A stretch of 64,000 nucleotides of DNA from Monocercomonoides exilis PA203 (Eukaryota > Protista > Preaxostyla): positions 1,116,001-1,180,000 of the forward strand of contig LSRY02000025.1 of NCBI GenBank assembly GCA_001643675.2, read 5' to 3'. Position numbers and translations under genes: made by a program. Shown piece by piece: positions 1 to 13,254 of this stretch. Below the pieces are notes generated by a model. The model saw only the letters and a program-made list of their open reading frames with translations. It searched no databases and was not told the DNA's origin. The stretch's first letter is position 1. Every line of letters starts with the position of its first letter.

Positions 1-2121
1 AAAGACAATGAAGATGCTCAAAATTCAGTTGTGAAAAGGAAGAAGAAGAAGAAGAAGAAAGTGTCACAGAAAGAAGATGACACTCCTTCAGAAGACAAAA
101 CAAAGAAGAAGAAGAAAAAGAAAAAGAAGAAAACAAATCAAGCAAATTCTGAGTTGTTGGGAGAAGAATCGAACAGCGACGATGAAAGTGAGAAAAAGCC
201 TGCTCCTGTCAGCAAGAATCCCTCTCAGCCATCTGTTGGCTCAGCATCTGCTGTGTCGAATATGACAGCCAAGCAGAAGTTGCTGGAAGAAATAAGACAA
301 CTGGAAGAAGAAAACAGAATGCTGAGTGAAGGGCAGCCTATATCTGAGCCAAAAAAGATCACAAAGAAAAAAAAGAAAGCCAAAAAATTGCGATCAGAAC
401 AATCGAATGGTGTTGGATGCAATTCTTCTGAAGACACACAGGAAAATGCATGTGCATTGCGATGTAATGTAGAAGAGAATGACAACATGCAAATGTCTTA
501 TCAATCAACAGCAAATGAAGCAGACGGAATCTCAACACCTTTCGCTTCTATGCCATCTTCATCGGCTTATCCTCCTCTTTCTTCTCCCTTCTCTCCGCTG
601 TCCAAAGAGCAAGAGGCAGCACGTAACAATCCATTAGCTCTGCAGCAGCTGGAGATTGAAGACTCTTCTGGTGGCTGGCCATCAACTCGGCAATCGCTGA
701 CAGCATCCTCTTCCTCTTCTGCTCTGTCTGCTCTGGCTTCTCCCTCTCTCTCACCCAGCCATTTGCCTTCTTCTCCCTCCCTCAGTAGCCCCCCACCTCG
801 CCACATAAGACTCTCTCTTGTTGATGGGAAGCAGCACAGGGCAAAAAGCATCAGATACTACGACGCCTCTCTTTCAGCAACAACTCGGTCAGCTTCTTCG
901 CAGCTGCGTGCCTCTCACACAAAGAATACCTACTCTCCTTCACACAATGCACATGACCCATCCAGTTCTCACTCTCGTCTCCCTTTCTCTTCCACATTCT
1001 CTGCCTCTTCTCGCCACAGCCACACTGCCTCGTCGCCAGCACTTTCATCAACCATTTCATCCCGCTCTTCCACTTCGTTTTCGTGTGCGCCTTCTTCAAA
1101 GTTCTCCACGTCATCTCATTCGCCTTCAGCTCGCACTTCATCTTCTGCACCTCGCTCAACAGCTGCCTCAAAGGATGCTTCTCAATTGCATCCTTCTTCC
1201 ATTCAGAATCTATCCCAATCTGCTTCTCCTTCTCATTCTTCTCATTCTTCTTCTTCTCCTCAGCATCCTCCTTTTCCGTCTTCTTCCTCTCCTTTTTCTC
1301 CTTCGTTTGTGGCTTCTCCCACCTCCTCATCTTCTCCTATGGCATATTCATCACACAGCACAGTTGCTGTGTTGCTGCCTCCAACTGAAGAGCAGCTGAA
1401 AGAGAGATTAAGAATACAAAAGACTAAAAAGTTGAATTGTTTCAATGAAGAAAAGGACAAAAGGGATAAAATGCAACCATCTTCTTCTGCTTCTTCTGCT
1501 TCTTCTTCTGCTGCTATGCCGGCCGGGTCTGCTTCTTCGATGTCTGTCAAAGATAACTTCTCGGCGAGTGCATCTTCTTCACAGAAGAAGGAGAGCATCG
1601 GAGAAACTCGAAAGGAGCAAGATTCTCCGGTGATTGGGTACATCACACTGAAGCTGTCTGCTGATGAGTACAGCACCCTCACTGTCACAGAGAATGTCAA
1701 TGCGAAGCAGATGGCACATGGGGTGTGCAGGCAGTGGGGCCTGGAGAGAGAAAACGAAGAGCAGATTATTGACAAGATAGAAGAGATACAGCAGGAATGG
1801 AGCAGAAAGAAAGAGGAAAGCAGAATGAAGCATCTTGAAAACAGACACGCGGCCTCTGGCAATGAGCCAGGAAAGGGGCAGAGTTTGTCACAAGGGTTTC
1901 CCCTTTCTCAGCTGGCAGCTTCTTCTATGCACTCTGTTTTTTCTCTCCATCTGTCATTTTCGAATGGGATGAGTGAGATTGTTCATGTCAAAGCTTCTGA
2001 TTCTCCGCAACATCTTGCAAAAGCACTCTCCGAAAAGCATCAATTGGTGCTCGATGAAGAGAACCAAATTTGTTCGATTGTTGAAGGATTTCTTGAGCTC
2101 ATGGTGAAATTTGACGATTAA
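1..2121 (+). CDS. Hypothetical Ser/Lys-rich protein, 5'-partial, with two C-terminal repeats of a small beta-beta-alpha-alpha (PFU-like) module
   Basis: The frame is open from the window start to TAA at 2121. Two similar segments occur: LKLSADEYSTLTVTENVNAKQMAHGVCRQWGL and LHLSFSNGMSEIVHVKASDSPQHLAKALSEKHQL. Confidence 0.75.
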   Translation, partial: KDNEDAQNSVVKRKKKKKKKVSQKEDDTPSEDKTKKKKKKKKKKTNQANSELLGEESNSDDESEKKPAPVSKNPSQPSVGSASAVSNMTAKQKLLEEIRQLEEENRMLSEGQPISEPKKITKKKKKAKKLRSEQSNGVGCNSSEDTQENACALRCNVEENDNMQMSYQSTANEADGISTPFASMPSSSAYPPLSSPFSPLSKEQEAARNNPLALQQLEIEDSSGGWPSTRQSLTASSSSSALSALASPSLSPSHLPSSPSLSSPPPRHIRLSLVDGKQHRAKSIRYYDASLSATTRSASSQLRASHTKNTYSPSHNAHDPSSSHSRLPFSSTFSASSRHSHTASSPALSSTISSRSSTSFSCAPSSKFSTSSHSPSARTSSSAPRSTAASKDASQLHPSSIQNLSQSASPSHSSHSSSSPQHPPFPSSSSPFSPSFVASPTSSSSPMAYSSHSTVAVLLPPTEEQLKERLRIQKTKKLNCFNEEKDKRDKMQPSSSASSASSSAAMPAGSASSMSVKDNFSASASSSQKKESIGETRKEQDSPVIGYITLKLSADEYSTLTVTENVNAKQMAHGVCRQWGLERENEEQIIDKIEEIQQEWSRKKEESRMKHLENRHAASGNEPGKGQSLSQGFPLSQLAASSMHSVFSLHLSFSNGMSEIVHVKASDSPQHLAKALSEKHQLVLDEENQICSIVEGFLELMVKFDD

Positions 2122-2448
2122 TGTGTTGATTATGAATTTTTTTTTTTAAGTTTGTATGGTTTTTTATTTGAATTTATCAGCTTGGTAATGATGGAATCTC
2201 TTTTTGATAAAGAATAAAGTGTTCTTGGTCGGAGGTGTAGTGGTTATGTGCATGTTATTTTATTTATAATGCAATAAATTTGAAAATAGAAAAGCAAAAA
2301 AATTATTTGATTTTTCTTAATTTATTTTTTTTATTAATTTTTGCAAAAGTATAACGTCAAAAGTGCTCAAAGAAAGAAGAATGAACTTGAATTTTTTCTG
2401 AAATCACGTCGCATTCTGGATCTCTTCCCATTTATTTATCAAATAAAC

Positions 2449-3802
2449 ATGATAAATATTGCGCCTTATATTGGCCGAGCGTGCGAATATTTTGATGCAC
2501 ACACGAACATTGTTATAATTCTCGTGACATTGTTTTTTGGCTTTGGATATTTGAAAGAAGATTTTTCGATTTATAAGCCAATGGCCTCATTTTTTTTAAT
2601 TTATTCTGGCCTCATATCATTTTCAACGATATTCCAGGTACACAATCCAGGTTTGCTCGATTTCCTTTTGATTGCTTTGACTCTCTGCGTATTTTCAATT
2701 TTATAAAGATTGGATGTGCAATGAAACGATTTTTGCCATCATAATTGCATCTTCATTGATTGCAAGCATTTTGCCGAATTTTATCACAAAGCTTTTTTCC
2801 ACATATCCTTTTCGGATTCCTTTGTTTATTTCAGCAAATATGTATCTTTTGACCAAAGCAGTGGAAGCTTGCTTCTATATTCATGAAAAGAATTACAAAA
2901 GCGAAATAATATTGATTATTATTGTTTGTTATGTTATCGTCTACATGCCTTTTGTCTTAAGCTCTCGGCGTTCAACAGAAAAACGAACTTATGAAGAAAG
3001 GATGTTTGGAAAAATTCATTTTACTCTCTTAATTTGCAATCTATTCACTGCTTTTCGAACTTTTCAATTTGCGAAAACAACATTTTCAGATTTGCTGTAA
3101 GTGCAATAATTTTGGGTGTCCTTTTGTGGTTTTATGCATTTCCAGAAGCCCTTCACTCATTTGTTGAGGATGCTGGAAACAGGATATTATCATTACATAA
3201 AATAGAGCAGAGCAGCATATTAACACAGATTCTAAATAAAGTTGAGAAGTTCACCCCTAAACAGAAAATGAATAAAGAAGCAGCAAGACTAGTTCTTCCT
3301 TTCAGTACAATGAATTTAGCTTGTTCAATCATTTATGTAATGTTTTTGGTGTGACGATGCTTATATTGTTTGATTTATTTGCTTCATAACATTTTCAAAT
3401 ATTGATTCAATGAAGATTGAAATGATAGCAGAAGATATTGCGCGCGATCGTGCTAAAGCAAAGAACGAGAAAGCAGAGTCAGAAGTCTTATTAGAAGCAA
3501 GAAGAGCTGTGGAGCGCTCACACAGCGACGAGATGCGCTCGTCAAGCAGCAAAGGAAGCAGAACAGAGCATTCAGAGACAAAAGCAGTAAAAGTGCGGAC
3601 AGGGTCGACAGAAAGAAAGAGTAGCACAGCGAATCATCCCAAAAAGAAGGAAGGATCTGCTGAATACGAAAAAAAACCAGTGGAGAGCAAAGGAGCTTCT
3701 CCAAAGAATTACAACGAGAAAGAGAAATCGGAAAAAAAAGAGAAGAAGAAGTTTTCACAGCCATTGTTTGCCAAAGGATCTGTTCCAACAATGAGGAGAT
3801 AA
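2449..3802 (+). CDS. Multi-pass membrane protein with charged C-terminal tail (4 exons); weak resemblance to TRIC-type channels
   Basis: ORFs 2341, 2714, 3034 and 3410 join in frame through GT-AG introns (gtttgc..taaag ~2651-2708, gtttgg..ttcag ~3004-3090, gtaatg..tgaag ~3337-3415). The product has several hydrophobic helices. Confidence 0.6.
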
Positions 3803-4607
3803 TGGTCTTCTGATTGGAATGAAGCAATTGTACTCCAACAGCATTTCATAGCACTAACCATTTAATTTGATGTATTTCCCATTGCATTGCGTTCTTGGTA
3901 CTATAAGCAAGCTTCATCTTCAGTTATATTCAAGATGATTGAAATTTGAGTATTGCGGATATTTTTATATTTCTGTTCTTTTGATGCTTCACATGAAAGA
4001 AAAACAATATCCTGTTTGTCGTGAATAAAGATGGCTCTGGGAAAAAGTAGAGAACAGTGTGAAAATGTGAAGTTGAAATGAAGAAAAACATAAAAAAAGC
4101 TGTAGGAAAAATAAAATAAAATAAAATAAAAAAATGGATACAAAATGTAATTATGAATACGTCTCGGAAAATTAATAGTAAACACTTTCAAATGGAAGTA
4201 TCTTCAGCTTCATTCATTGAACACATCTGTGAAAAGAGATTGACACAAAAACATAAAATAAAACAAAAATAAATGTTGAGAAGATAATTTCTTTTAATGC
4301 CTGAATTTCACAAATGGTTTTCTCCTAAAAAGAATTGCAAAAATATCAACAAAATAAAATAACATTAAATAACATGCTTAACACAGAATAAACATTTATT
4401 AATTCAAATACTTTTTTTTTTCATGTTTTGTGGCCATTATCAAAATAAACGTATCCAACAAAATATCTCGAAATTATAACACGGCAGAAAGTACACAAGA
4501 ATAAAATTACAATAATTGGCTAAAGTAATAATAATAATAATATATTCATATGCTCTGAATATTATGAGAGCAGCATTTATACCCATTCGCAAGCTTTTCC
4601 CCTCCAT

Positions 4608-7600
4608 TTATGGGCTGACCAGTGCGTGGAGGTACAAGTTGAGTGCCCTGGCAGCATACTTCTCCATGCAGGCAGAGGTGACGCGGATGCTGACCGCATA
4701 GCTTTGATTGCGCTTGAGCTTCCCGCTTCGAGTGACTGAAGACGAGTCCTTCGGTGGATGCACAACAAATGCGATGTCCTCGTCGAGGGTGGTGATCTGT
4801 GCGAGGAACAGGAAGAGCAGGAAGCCCTGCCTCACCACCGATGCCCGCTTCAGCTGCTGGTCAGTCACTTTGCGCCCGGGAATGCCCTTTCCACACCTGT
4901 CAGGGGAGGAGAGGGTGAGGCAGTGGTCGGTGGGGAGGGAAGGGAAGGAAGGGAAGTCTTCAGTGAAGGAGAGGGTGTCTATCTCTTCCCAGAGGGAGGA
5001 GTCGATCATTCGCCAGAAGGGGGCATAGCGCGATGCGTGGAAGAGGAGGAGAGAGAGGCCAGACACCACACGTGGCATGGACTTGATGATGGCTGGGATG
5101 GATGAAGAGGAAGAGGAAGAGGTGGAAGAGGATGAGGATGAATGAGGAGAAGAGGAGGATGGGTTTGAGGAAACAGAATTTGGAGAGAAAGGCGAGGCAG
5201 AGTTTGTAGGAGAAGGCAAGGAAGGATAAGCAGAATAAGGAGACGACTGAGAAGGAACTGGAGAATGGTTCATTGAAGGCCCACTGCCAGACAAGTGCAT
5301 TGGAGGAGGGCCCATCTGCATGGGATTGAAAGGAGGATATTCAGACACAGGGAGAGAAGGGGGTGGAATGGGAACAGAGGGAGAAGAAGAAGAAGAAGGC
5401 ATTTGATAGCTGGATGGGTTAGGTGAAGGAGGAAATGAGGGATATGAGGGATAGGAAGGATTGGAAGATACAGAAGAGGCAGAAGCTGATGAAGAAGCTG
5501 ACGCTGATGCTGAAGATGAAGATGAAGAAGATGAAGCAGATGCTGTAGATGAAGCAGAGCCGTATCCGTAGTTGTACTCAGTTGGATTAGTAGTCATTGC
5601 AGCCATCTGACTAGTCAGTCTTTCCATCTCCTTCTTCCTCTGCTCCTCAGCCTCCTTCATAAATGAGTCTACTGTTGGGAAGCAGAGCAGATAGAACCTG
5701 TCAAACGGCTTCAGGTTCATCGACTTCATTGCCGGGTGTTTGAAGGCGAGTGACATGATTGCCATTTCATCTGAGCGGAGGCTGTTGTCTTTGCAGAAGT
5801 TGACCAGGCGATAGACTGCCTCTAATGCCTCTCGGTGTGCCTCTTCGCTGTGGAGGAAGCGGGGCACTTGGAGTGGGCAGGGGAGGGTGGCGAGGTCTAG
5901 GAGGAAACCACCAGCAGCTGGGAGACGCAGCTGGGAGGAGGCGTTGCTAGCAGACGGGACAGAAGAGGAGGAAGGGGCAGAAGAGGAAGGAATGGCCATC
6001 TGCTGTATGGATGTTGGGAGCACAGCAGGAAGGCCAGAAGAGTCAGAAGGAAGGTGCATCTGAGGAGGAGGGCGTGCCATTGGAGGCATCTGCCCCATCT
6101 GACCCATCTGACCCATCTGTGGCTGCTGGGCAGAAGGGAGTGGTTGCATTCTGTTGGCGAAGGGCTGGATGGGCTGAGGGAACTGGGGAGGAGCAGCGAC
6201 TGGGCGGAAGGACGGGGCAAGTGCAGTGGGTTGTTGAGGGAGAGGAGAGTAGCCAGGATAGACAGAATTGAGGAAGGGCTGTTGTTGTTGTTGTTGCATG
6301 TGAGGGTACATCTGAGGCTGAGGCATCTGCTGTAGCTGCTGCATGCGAGGAGGATAGGAAGGAATAGCAGAGCCAGACATAGAAGGCATGGATGGCATAG
6401 AAGGCATGGGCTGACCGGGTGGGATGTATCGGGGCATCTGCTGCTGATAGCCACTCTGGGCGAAGGAGTTTTGAGGCATGAATTGTTGGGATTGAGGGGG
6501 AGACATCTGAGGGTGAGGGGAAGGCTGGTAGGGAGAGGAGGAGGGGAGGTAGGTTTGGTTGAAGCCAGTGGCTGTCACAGGAGATTGAGGAACTGATGCT
6601 GAAGAAGAAGAAGATGATGATGATGATGAAGCAGATGATGACATGAGCATGGGAGGAGAAGAGGCAGGGATGATTGGCGGGAGAGGAGTGCTGAAGAAGG
6701 GGAAGAGCAGCACTTGCTGTGCAGATGGACGATCTGCTGGCTCCTTCCGAAGCATCGCAGAGACCACCTGCCAACACTCAGGGGAGACATTCTCGAGCTT
6801 TGGAGGTGGATTGGCAAGCATGCTGAAGATGGAAGGGGAAAGGGGATGGAAAGAATGGGGATAGGACAAAAATGAATAAGAATTTGAATGAATGGCGAAA
6901 TATTTTCATTTGGAACAATTCAGAATAAACAGAAAAAAAAGGAGATAGGTAAAAAAATCCAGTCAGCGTTGCATTCATAGAAAATTTTACGATAAACTTT
7001 TTTTCTCATTTCTTTTCAGAAACTACACACCGCATGAGCTGAGCAGGGGATGTTGCTGGAAATGGAAGAGAACCACTCAGAAGCTGGTAAAATATCACTC
7101 CACATGCCCACAAATCAGTCTTTTCATCAAAAGGAAGGCCTTCCAAATACACTTCAGGTGACTATTATAAAAGGAAAAAAATACAATTCATTTTGCAATG
7201 ATTAATGAATTCTATTTGAAAATAATAAAAATAAATACCATATATAGGGGAGTTCTGAGCAATTAGGCGCGATGAGAGAGAAACATACAATTAGTAATTC
7301 AATAAAATAATGGAAATGAAAGCTAAAATAAAATCTGAAAATAAGTACCCGCATTGTGTTTGAGCCATTTGTCCAGGATCTAAATGCCGCGCTAAGCCAA
7401 AATCGGAAATTTTGACAATTGGTGGTTGATCCGGTGAAGGACGATGCAAAAGTATGTTATCTGGCTTTAAATCTCTTTAATGAATATTTATTATTAATTT
7501 CAAAAGTTATAAACAGTTCGAATACAAATATTTTAAAAATACTTCAAACCTGTGCAAAAGAAAGTGAGAATGAATAACTACAACTCCTTTCACTATATAA

Positions 7601-8199
7601 CGCAAATAAATGACAATTAAATTTAAGCTCATTTGCAAACATATCTGTTCAATGTAATATCTTGCTTCAGCCTCTGGCAAAGGTTTTTTTGCTTTTACAA
7701 CTGATTCGAGAGACTTCGAATTTGCATATTCCATCTCCAATACAACCTTATCTCCTTGTTGTATAATTTCATAAACCTTCATTATATATGGGCATGTTTC
7801 TCTGATAAGAAGTAATTATTCATTCTTTTCGAAATTTTTTCTAAGCATTTTTTCAAACTGAGAAAGTGCAATTAACGCTTGCTGTTCTCCAAGTTTAAAT
7901 CCTTTTTGCTCAAGAACTTTAATGGCCCTGAGTCGACCAGCCTGATTTTTCCCAAGAAACACACTTTGAAAAAAATATATTTTATTCAAAGAGAAGATAA
8001 ACTATGAAAAAGCACACATTCCAAAACTTCCAGAACCTATGCATTAAAATATTCATTTAATAATTAAAGAAAACAATACTGCATCATTCATACCCAAATG
8101 CTTCAACTCCTAAAGAATAATCGTTATTTCTTTCAATGAAAATAAAGTGCAAACTGTGTATTTTAAATTTAGAAGCAACTGTATATCTTCTGAGGACAT
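4608..8199 (-). CDS. Ser/Thr protein kinase (ULK/ATG1- or CAMK-like) with long Pro/Gln/Ser-rich C-terminus; about 10 exons
   Basis: Spliced translation gives LGSGSFG, AIK, HRDLKPDN, KISDFGLAR, CGTPLYMSPE, DLWACG and RPSA. There are nine GT-AG introns between ~6830 and 8155. Confidence 0.9.
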
Positions 8200-8506
8200 A
8201 TCTTACGTATTCACACAACTGTACACTGTTGAAGAATTTTCAAAAAATTAGAAGTAAAGTGTCAATTACGAAAGATAATGGTTACCTTTTATTTGAATTA
8301 TCAATAATTTATATGCTCTTTTAACAAACAGAAAAATATTCATTTTATAATTTCACAGACGTAAAGAATATTTTCTCGAAATTTGATCAAAAAATAATTT
8401 TTCTCTTTCATGGCGGATGGAGGATTATTAGATTTAAAATGAAACTCATTTCGTGAAAGCAAAAGATATTAAAGGTATATAGAGAGAAATATGTGTTGAG
8501 TAATAT

Positions 8507-8580
8507 ATAACATGATGAAACTTAGTGTTGCCGCCCCAGTCTGAATTTCAGATGTTGATTGCAACATGTTCCTGAAACAT
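8507..8580 (+). ncRNA. Box C/D snoRNA, SNORD31/snR67-like, guiding 2'-O-methylation of the LSU P-loop G (E. coli G2251 / yeast G2619 equivalent)
   Basis: C box ATGATGA at 8512-8518. Guide TGCCGCCCCAGT is antisense to conserved LSU ACUGGGGCGGCA and sits directly before D' box CTGA (8541-8544). C'-like GTTGATT follows, then D box CTGA at 8572-8575. Confidence 0.85.
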
Positions 8581-8973
8581 TTTCATTTTTTAGTTTTATA
8601 TTTTCGATTTTTTAATGATTAATGCTTTCACAAAAAAATATTTCGATTTTTCATTATTCCTTATTTTTTATGAATAGTTATTGCTATGTTTTATGTTTTT
8701 CTAGAATATATATAATGAAGATCATCACTTTATTAAAAATGAGAATTATTTGAACAATAATTTGAATTTAAATAATTTGTTTTCAAGTTTTTTTATAAAG
8801 TTCGTTTCACTTTGAAAATAATGTTAAAAAATGTTTGATTTTAAAACTGTGAAATGTTTTTAATAAAAAAAAATAAATAATGAATCATTCTACACTTTGA
8901 GAAGTACAAAACGACAAATCTCTTAAAGTTGAAAAATACAAAATGATATAAATATATTTTTCTAATAAAAAAT

Positions 8974-11900
8974 TCACTTTGGTTGAGATGAAAGTGTTGC
9001 AGATCTTATCCCCGAAACGATCCGAGAGTTTGAGCTCTGTTGAGTTGAAGAGGGCAAAGGACTTGACTGGGAAGAAGAAGAAGAAAGTGCAGAAGAGGCA
9101 GAAGCCCTGGAAGTATGTGGCATACGCATGATTGGAGGAGAGAGGATTTCATTTCCAACAACCTCACGAGGAGCAACAGATGATGAAGATGATGCAATAT
9201 CTGATGTGTTTATTCTCGAAGAAATGTTTGAGGCAGTTGTCTTTGAAGACAATGAAGAAGAGGAGGAGTGCTGAGATGAATGTGCTGATGTGGAAGATGA
9301 TTGAGGAAGAGAAGAATTTACTTTTGGATGAGGTGAATGCGAAGATGGTGTTGTTGAAAGCTGTGAAAAAGCGGATGTTAATGACTGAGTTGAAGGAGAA
9401 GAGGAAGAAGAGGAAGAAGAAGAAGCAGGTGCAGAAGAAGTTGCTGAGGGTGCAGCAGATGTACCATCACCACCCAAATACATTGAGGAGCTAAGAACAG
9501 GGCCAGACGAGCTGAGTGCAGAGGATGGGATATTCCCCATCTGCATGTGGAGCAAGTCGTGTATCTGCCTCAGCTGGTTGGTCGAAGCAAGCCACTCGCG
9601 AAATTTGCGCTGGATGATTGCTTCTACTTTCTGTGCTGACTCTGCATCAAGACCTTCTTTCTTCATCTCCTTCTCCCCATCCTTTGCATCTCCTGAATTC
9701 TTTGCTTTGCCCTTGCCATCTGCCCCGCCCTCGCCACTTTCTTCTCTTTCGTTGTCTTCATCCTCATCCTCACTCCCATTCCGTTCTCCTTCTTTTCCCT
9801 CTCTTTTCTCCTTCTCTCCTTTCTCCTTCCCTGTTTTCTTGTCTCTGTCCTTCCCTTTGTCTCCTGCTATCTCTCTCTGCAGCAGTCGTTTGACTTCTCT
9901 TCTTCTCTCCATCTCTTCCTGGTAGATCGGCGGAAGACACTGAGGGAAGTCTGGAAAGTCTGAGTATTGTGCAGCAGCACCAGGGCAGGCGAAGGGAATG
10001 GCAAAGGAAGAGAACTGGGTGGGGTGCATGAGAGAGAAAGAAGAAGAGGTGGATGGGTCAGCAAGGGAATAGCCAGAGAGAGAAGAGGAGAAGGGAGGAG
10101 AGAACGAGGAAGGGGAAAGAGCAGAGGAGAGGGTAGATAAAGGAGATGAAGGTGATGTGGAGGTTAAGCTGAAGAAGGCGGTGGATGAGGACGATGTGTG
10201 TGAAAAGGTGGATGTTGGCGAGGAAGGTGCTGTTGCAAATGGAAAAATGAAATGCATTTCAAAAAATAAAAGAAAAAAATAGAAAAACATTTAATTTTAT
10301 GATGAATAATCATCAAAAGATAAATAAATAATAATAAAACAAATAAAAAACTATTCCTCCATCGCAAAAAGAAGAGCAAACCAGAAGGAAGAGTGTTTGA
10401 GTCTGAGATGAATGCCTTGTCCCAGCAGCCGCACAGCCTCATGTCCAAATGTGCAGCAGCCATGTTTGAGTGGATGGATGGATAGCAGGCATTGTACGGG
10501 GCAAGAACAATACGTTTGCAGGTGGGTGTGATGAGAAGAGGAGAAGGTGTGAGAAGATGCAGGGTGATGTCTGAGCAGTTACTGGAAGGAAGCAAATTGT
10601 TGTTAAGAGAATGATTCACAATGAAAACAAAAAATTAAAAATATAAAAAAATAAAATAAAATACTCAAAAAATAAATATTTCTTTTCTATCAAATATTTT
10701 CTTTTTCCTCTTCTCCTCCTCCTTTTCACATATTCACAATACAATGCACAATATGTGAATGCACAATCCCTTATCATCCAAAAAATCATCAAACCTCAGT
10801 TTCACTCTCCCGGCCGCTGCGATGACAGTCAGTTTTGAGCAGTGTGTGAGGCTGAGCACTTTCTCCACTGCGCCGATGAAGATGGTGCAGGCCTCACACG
10901 ACACGATGGAGCAGTCTCTGACAGCAGCTGTGATGTAAATGTGGGCTTTGCTGGAGGCGATGACGCGTGTTGTGCAGAGCTCGCGGGGGATGTGGAGGGA
11001 GGTCACTTTGGTGCAGGACAGGATTAATGGGCTGGTGTGGAACAAGAAATGTAAAATGGAATATAAAATTTTTATATTTGAAAAAAAGAAAAAATTGAAA
11101 AAATAATTGAGAATGATATAAAATTGAAAATTCACTTATATGTTCAGGGGGAAAAATATAAATAGAAATTGAACAGCTCAACACAAGAACTTGATGTCAT
11201 CTTTTCACACCTGTCTGGAAAAGGTGGGATGACAGGGAATGTAATAGCTGGTGTGTTCTTACTGTCAGATGAAGAAGAAGATGATGATGATGATGAATAT
11301 CTGGACGATGCAAGCAGAGAGCTGCCACTAGGTGGAACAATATCGCTGAGCGAGTCCTGTTCCAGTGAGGAGTTGAGATCAGACTGTGTTGTGTCTGAAG
11401 AGGAGGAAGAGCTGTGATTGCGATTAAATTGAGAAGGCTGACCAGTGAAGGTGATTGGAGGATATCGAAGTGGGTTGGGCTTTATATGCTGAGACAGCCA
11501 TTCCTGTTTGAGAATGTGCAGAATAAATTGAAAGAATTTGAAAAGGAATTCAACAGAGAAAAAATAGTACAGAATTCATAAACAGTTTGAAGTTAAATGA
11601 ACAAATTGAATTTAGTACAAATAAAGAAAACATCATACTGTGAGTGTTGTGACAAGGACTGATCCTTCAGGCTCTTTATCCCAAAGTCCAGTAAGCACTG
11701 ATAAGTGTTTCTCTTCCAGCTGTTGCGTTCTGCCTCCTCCAATAAAAACGCTCAATGCATCAAAAAATTCTGCCCTCATTGAGGCTTTGATTTGTATCTT
11801 CTGCGGAAAAGCAAGAGTTGTTCCAGCGGCACTGGAACTACTGTTACTTGAAGATGCTTTGAAAGGAAGCGATCTTGGCGAACGATGCATCTGTGGGGAA

Positions 11901-12642
11901 GAAGCGGTGTCACCTGAAACAGATCTTGAAAGAGAAGGTGGCGAGCCAGCATCGGCTGGCTGAACAATTTGATCAATTAGTGAAGGATCAGCGCATGAAG
12001 CCAAAAGATACAACGCTTCCTATAATTTTGGATATCAATAAATAAAATATCAAAGCTATTTAATATGTTTTGAATGTATACTTTAATATGAGACATTATA
12101 TATGCAAGAAGTGTTGCTTCTGATGCAATTTTAGTTTGTAGTTCTTGAAGGCATGGGCGAAGATTTGGTAAAGAAGGCCAACTATCTCCTGGAATGTCCC
12201 TTGAAGTTGCACAACGGTGAGCACACACTTGGAGGAATAGAAACATTGTAAATCGAGAAATATCAACTGTGTCCATATAATTTCCAGGAGTAACATTGCA
12301 GCATAAAAGCTGAAATGTCTCAAATGTACTTTCATTGAAAAATGCAAAAATAGAAGTCTTTTAAATAAATAAAAAAATACACACAATCTGGCAACATTTT
12401 CATTCAACTTAAAATTCTGTTGAGAAAGAGAAATCCATTCAGCCATTCTGATAATTATTGTATGATTTTTAAAATAAAAAACTAATGAATTCATCAAACG
12501 TTAAACTTTGGTTGTCAGAATCCTTATCAGAAAAAAACACTGCTAGCATGTTAAATAAAGTATTCATGTCGAAAGTGGCCCTATGCAATGGTGGTAAAAC
12601 ACCTAAATCAAACAGTTCCGCTTTTATCCAGCAAGTTGTCAT
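8974..12642 (-). CDS. TBCCD1: TBCC domain-containing protein 1 (C-CAP/cofactor C-like domain), multi-exon
   Basis: N-terminal WIKAELFDLGVL, then TFETFQLL..VDISRFTMFLFLQ. The beta-helix region has HIYITAAVRDCSIVSCEACTIFIGAV and LHLLTPSPLLI..IVLAPYNACYP. The C-terminal region has F..WLASTNQLRQIHDL. Confidence 0.85.
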
Positions 12643-13254
12643 TCTTTAAAATAAAACCGAGTTGAATAACAACAAGCTTTTAAAAATTAAAAGCTAATTT
12701 ATTTTAAATATGGAAAAGATCATTTGAAAGTGGTAATAAAAAATGATTTGTTACAAATAATTTCACCGATTTTGCCATGAGTTCTTTGCCTTTTCATTTA
12801 CAAAGAAAAAACGTTTTCGCAACAATCAATTTAATTTTTCACAGAATTTGTGAAATATTCTTTAACAATTTTCAAACAATGAATAATCATCTCACATTAG
12901 CTTTGACTTTTTTTTATTCATATCAAATTTACAACAAATTATTTTTTCTGTCTGAATATTTCTTACATATAATTTTTTTTTCTTTTTTGTTATTCTTTTT
13001 TGTTGATTTTCATCCAATTACTCAATACTTATTATTATGTTAAAGCTAAAAAGGTTTGGAACAAGTCCTTCCTTTTTTTTTCTAAAAATATTGAATCTCA
13101 TTTGAAGAAAAATTTTTAAAAATCCTTATTAACCTAATACCAACTTGTTTATCGATTGTTGGACAAATTTGACTTTCTTATTTAAATTATATTTTTAATA
13201 TTCTTTAAAAAACTCATTCACAATATTCTTATTAACAGATATTACTAAGTTAAA

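Noticed and set aside
2227-2250. tRNA-like 5' segment GGTCGGAGGTGTAGTGGTTAT
   Set aside because: Only an A-box-like stretch; no anticodon arm, T-loop (GTTCRA) or acceptor stem follows.
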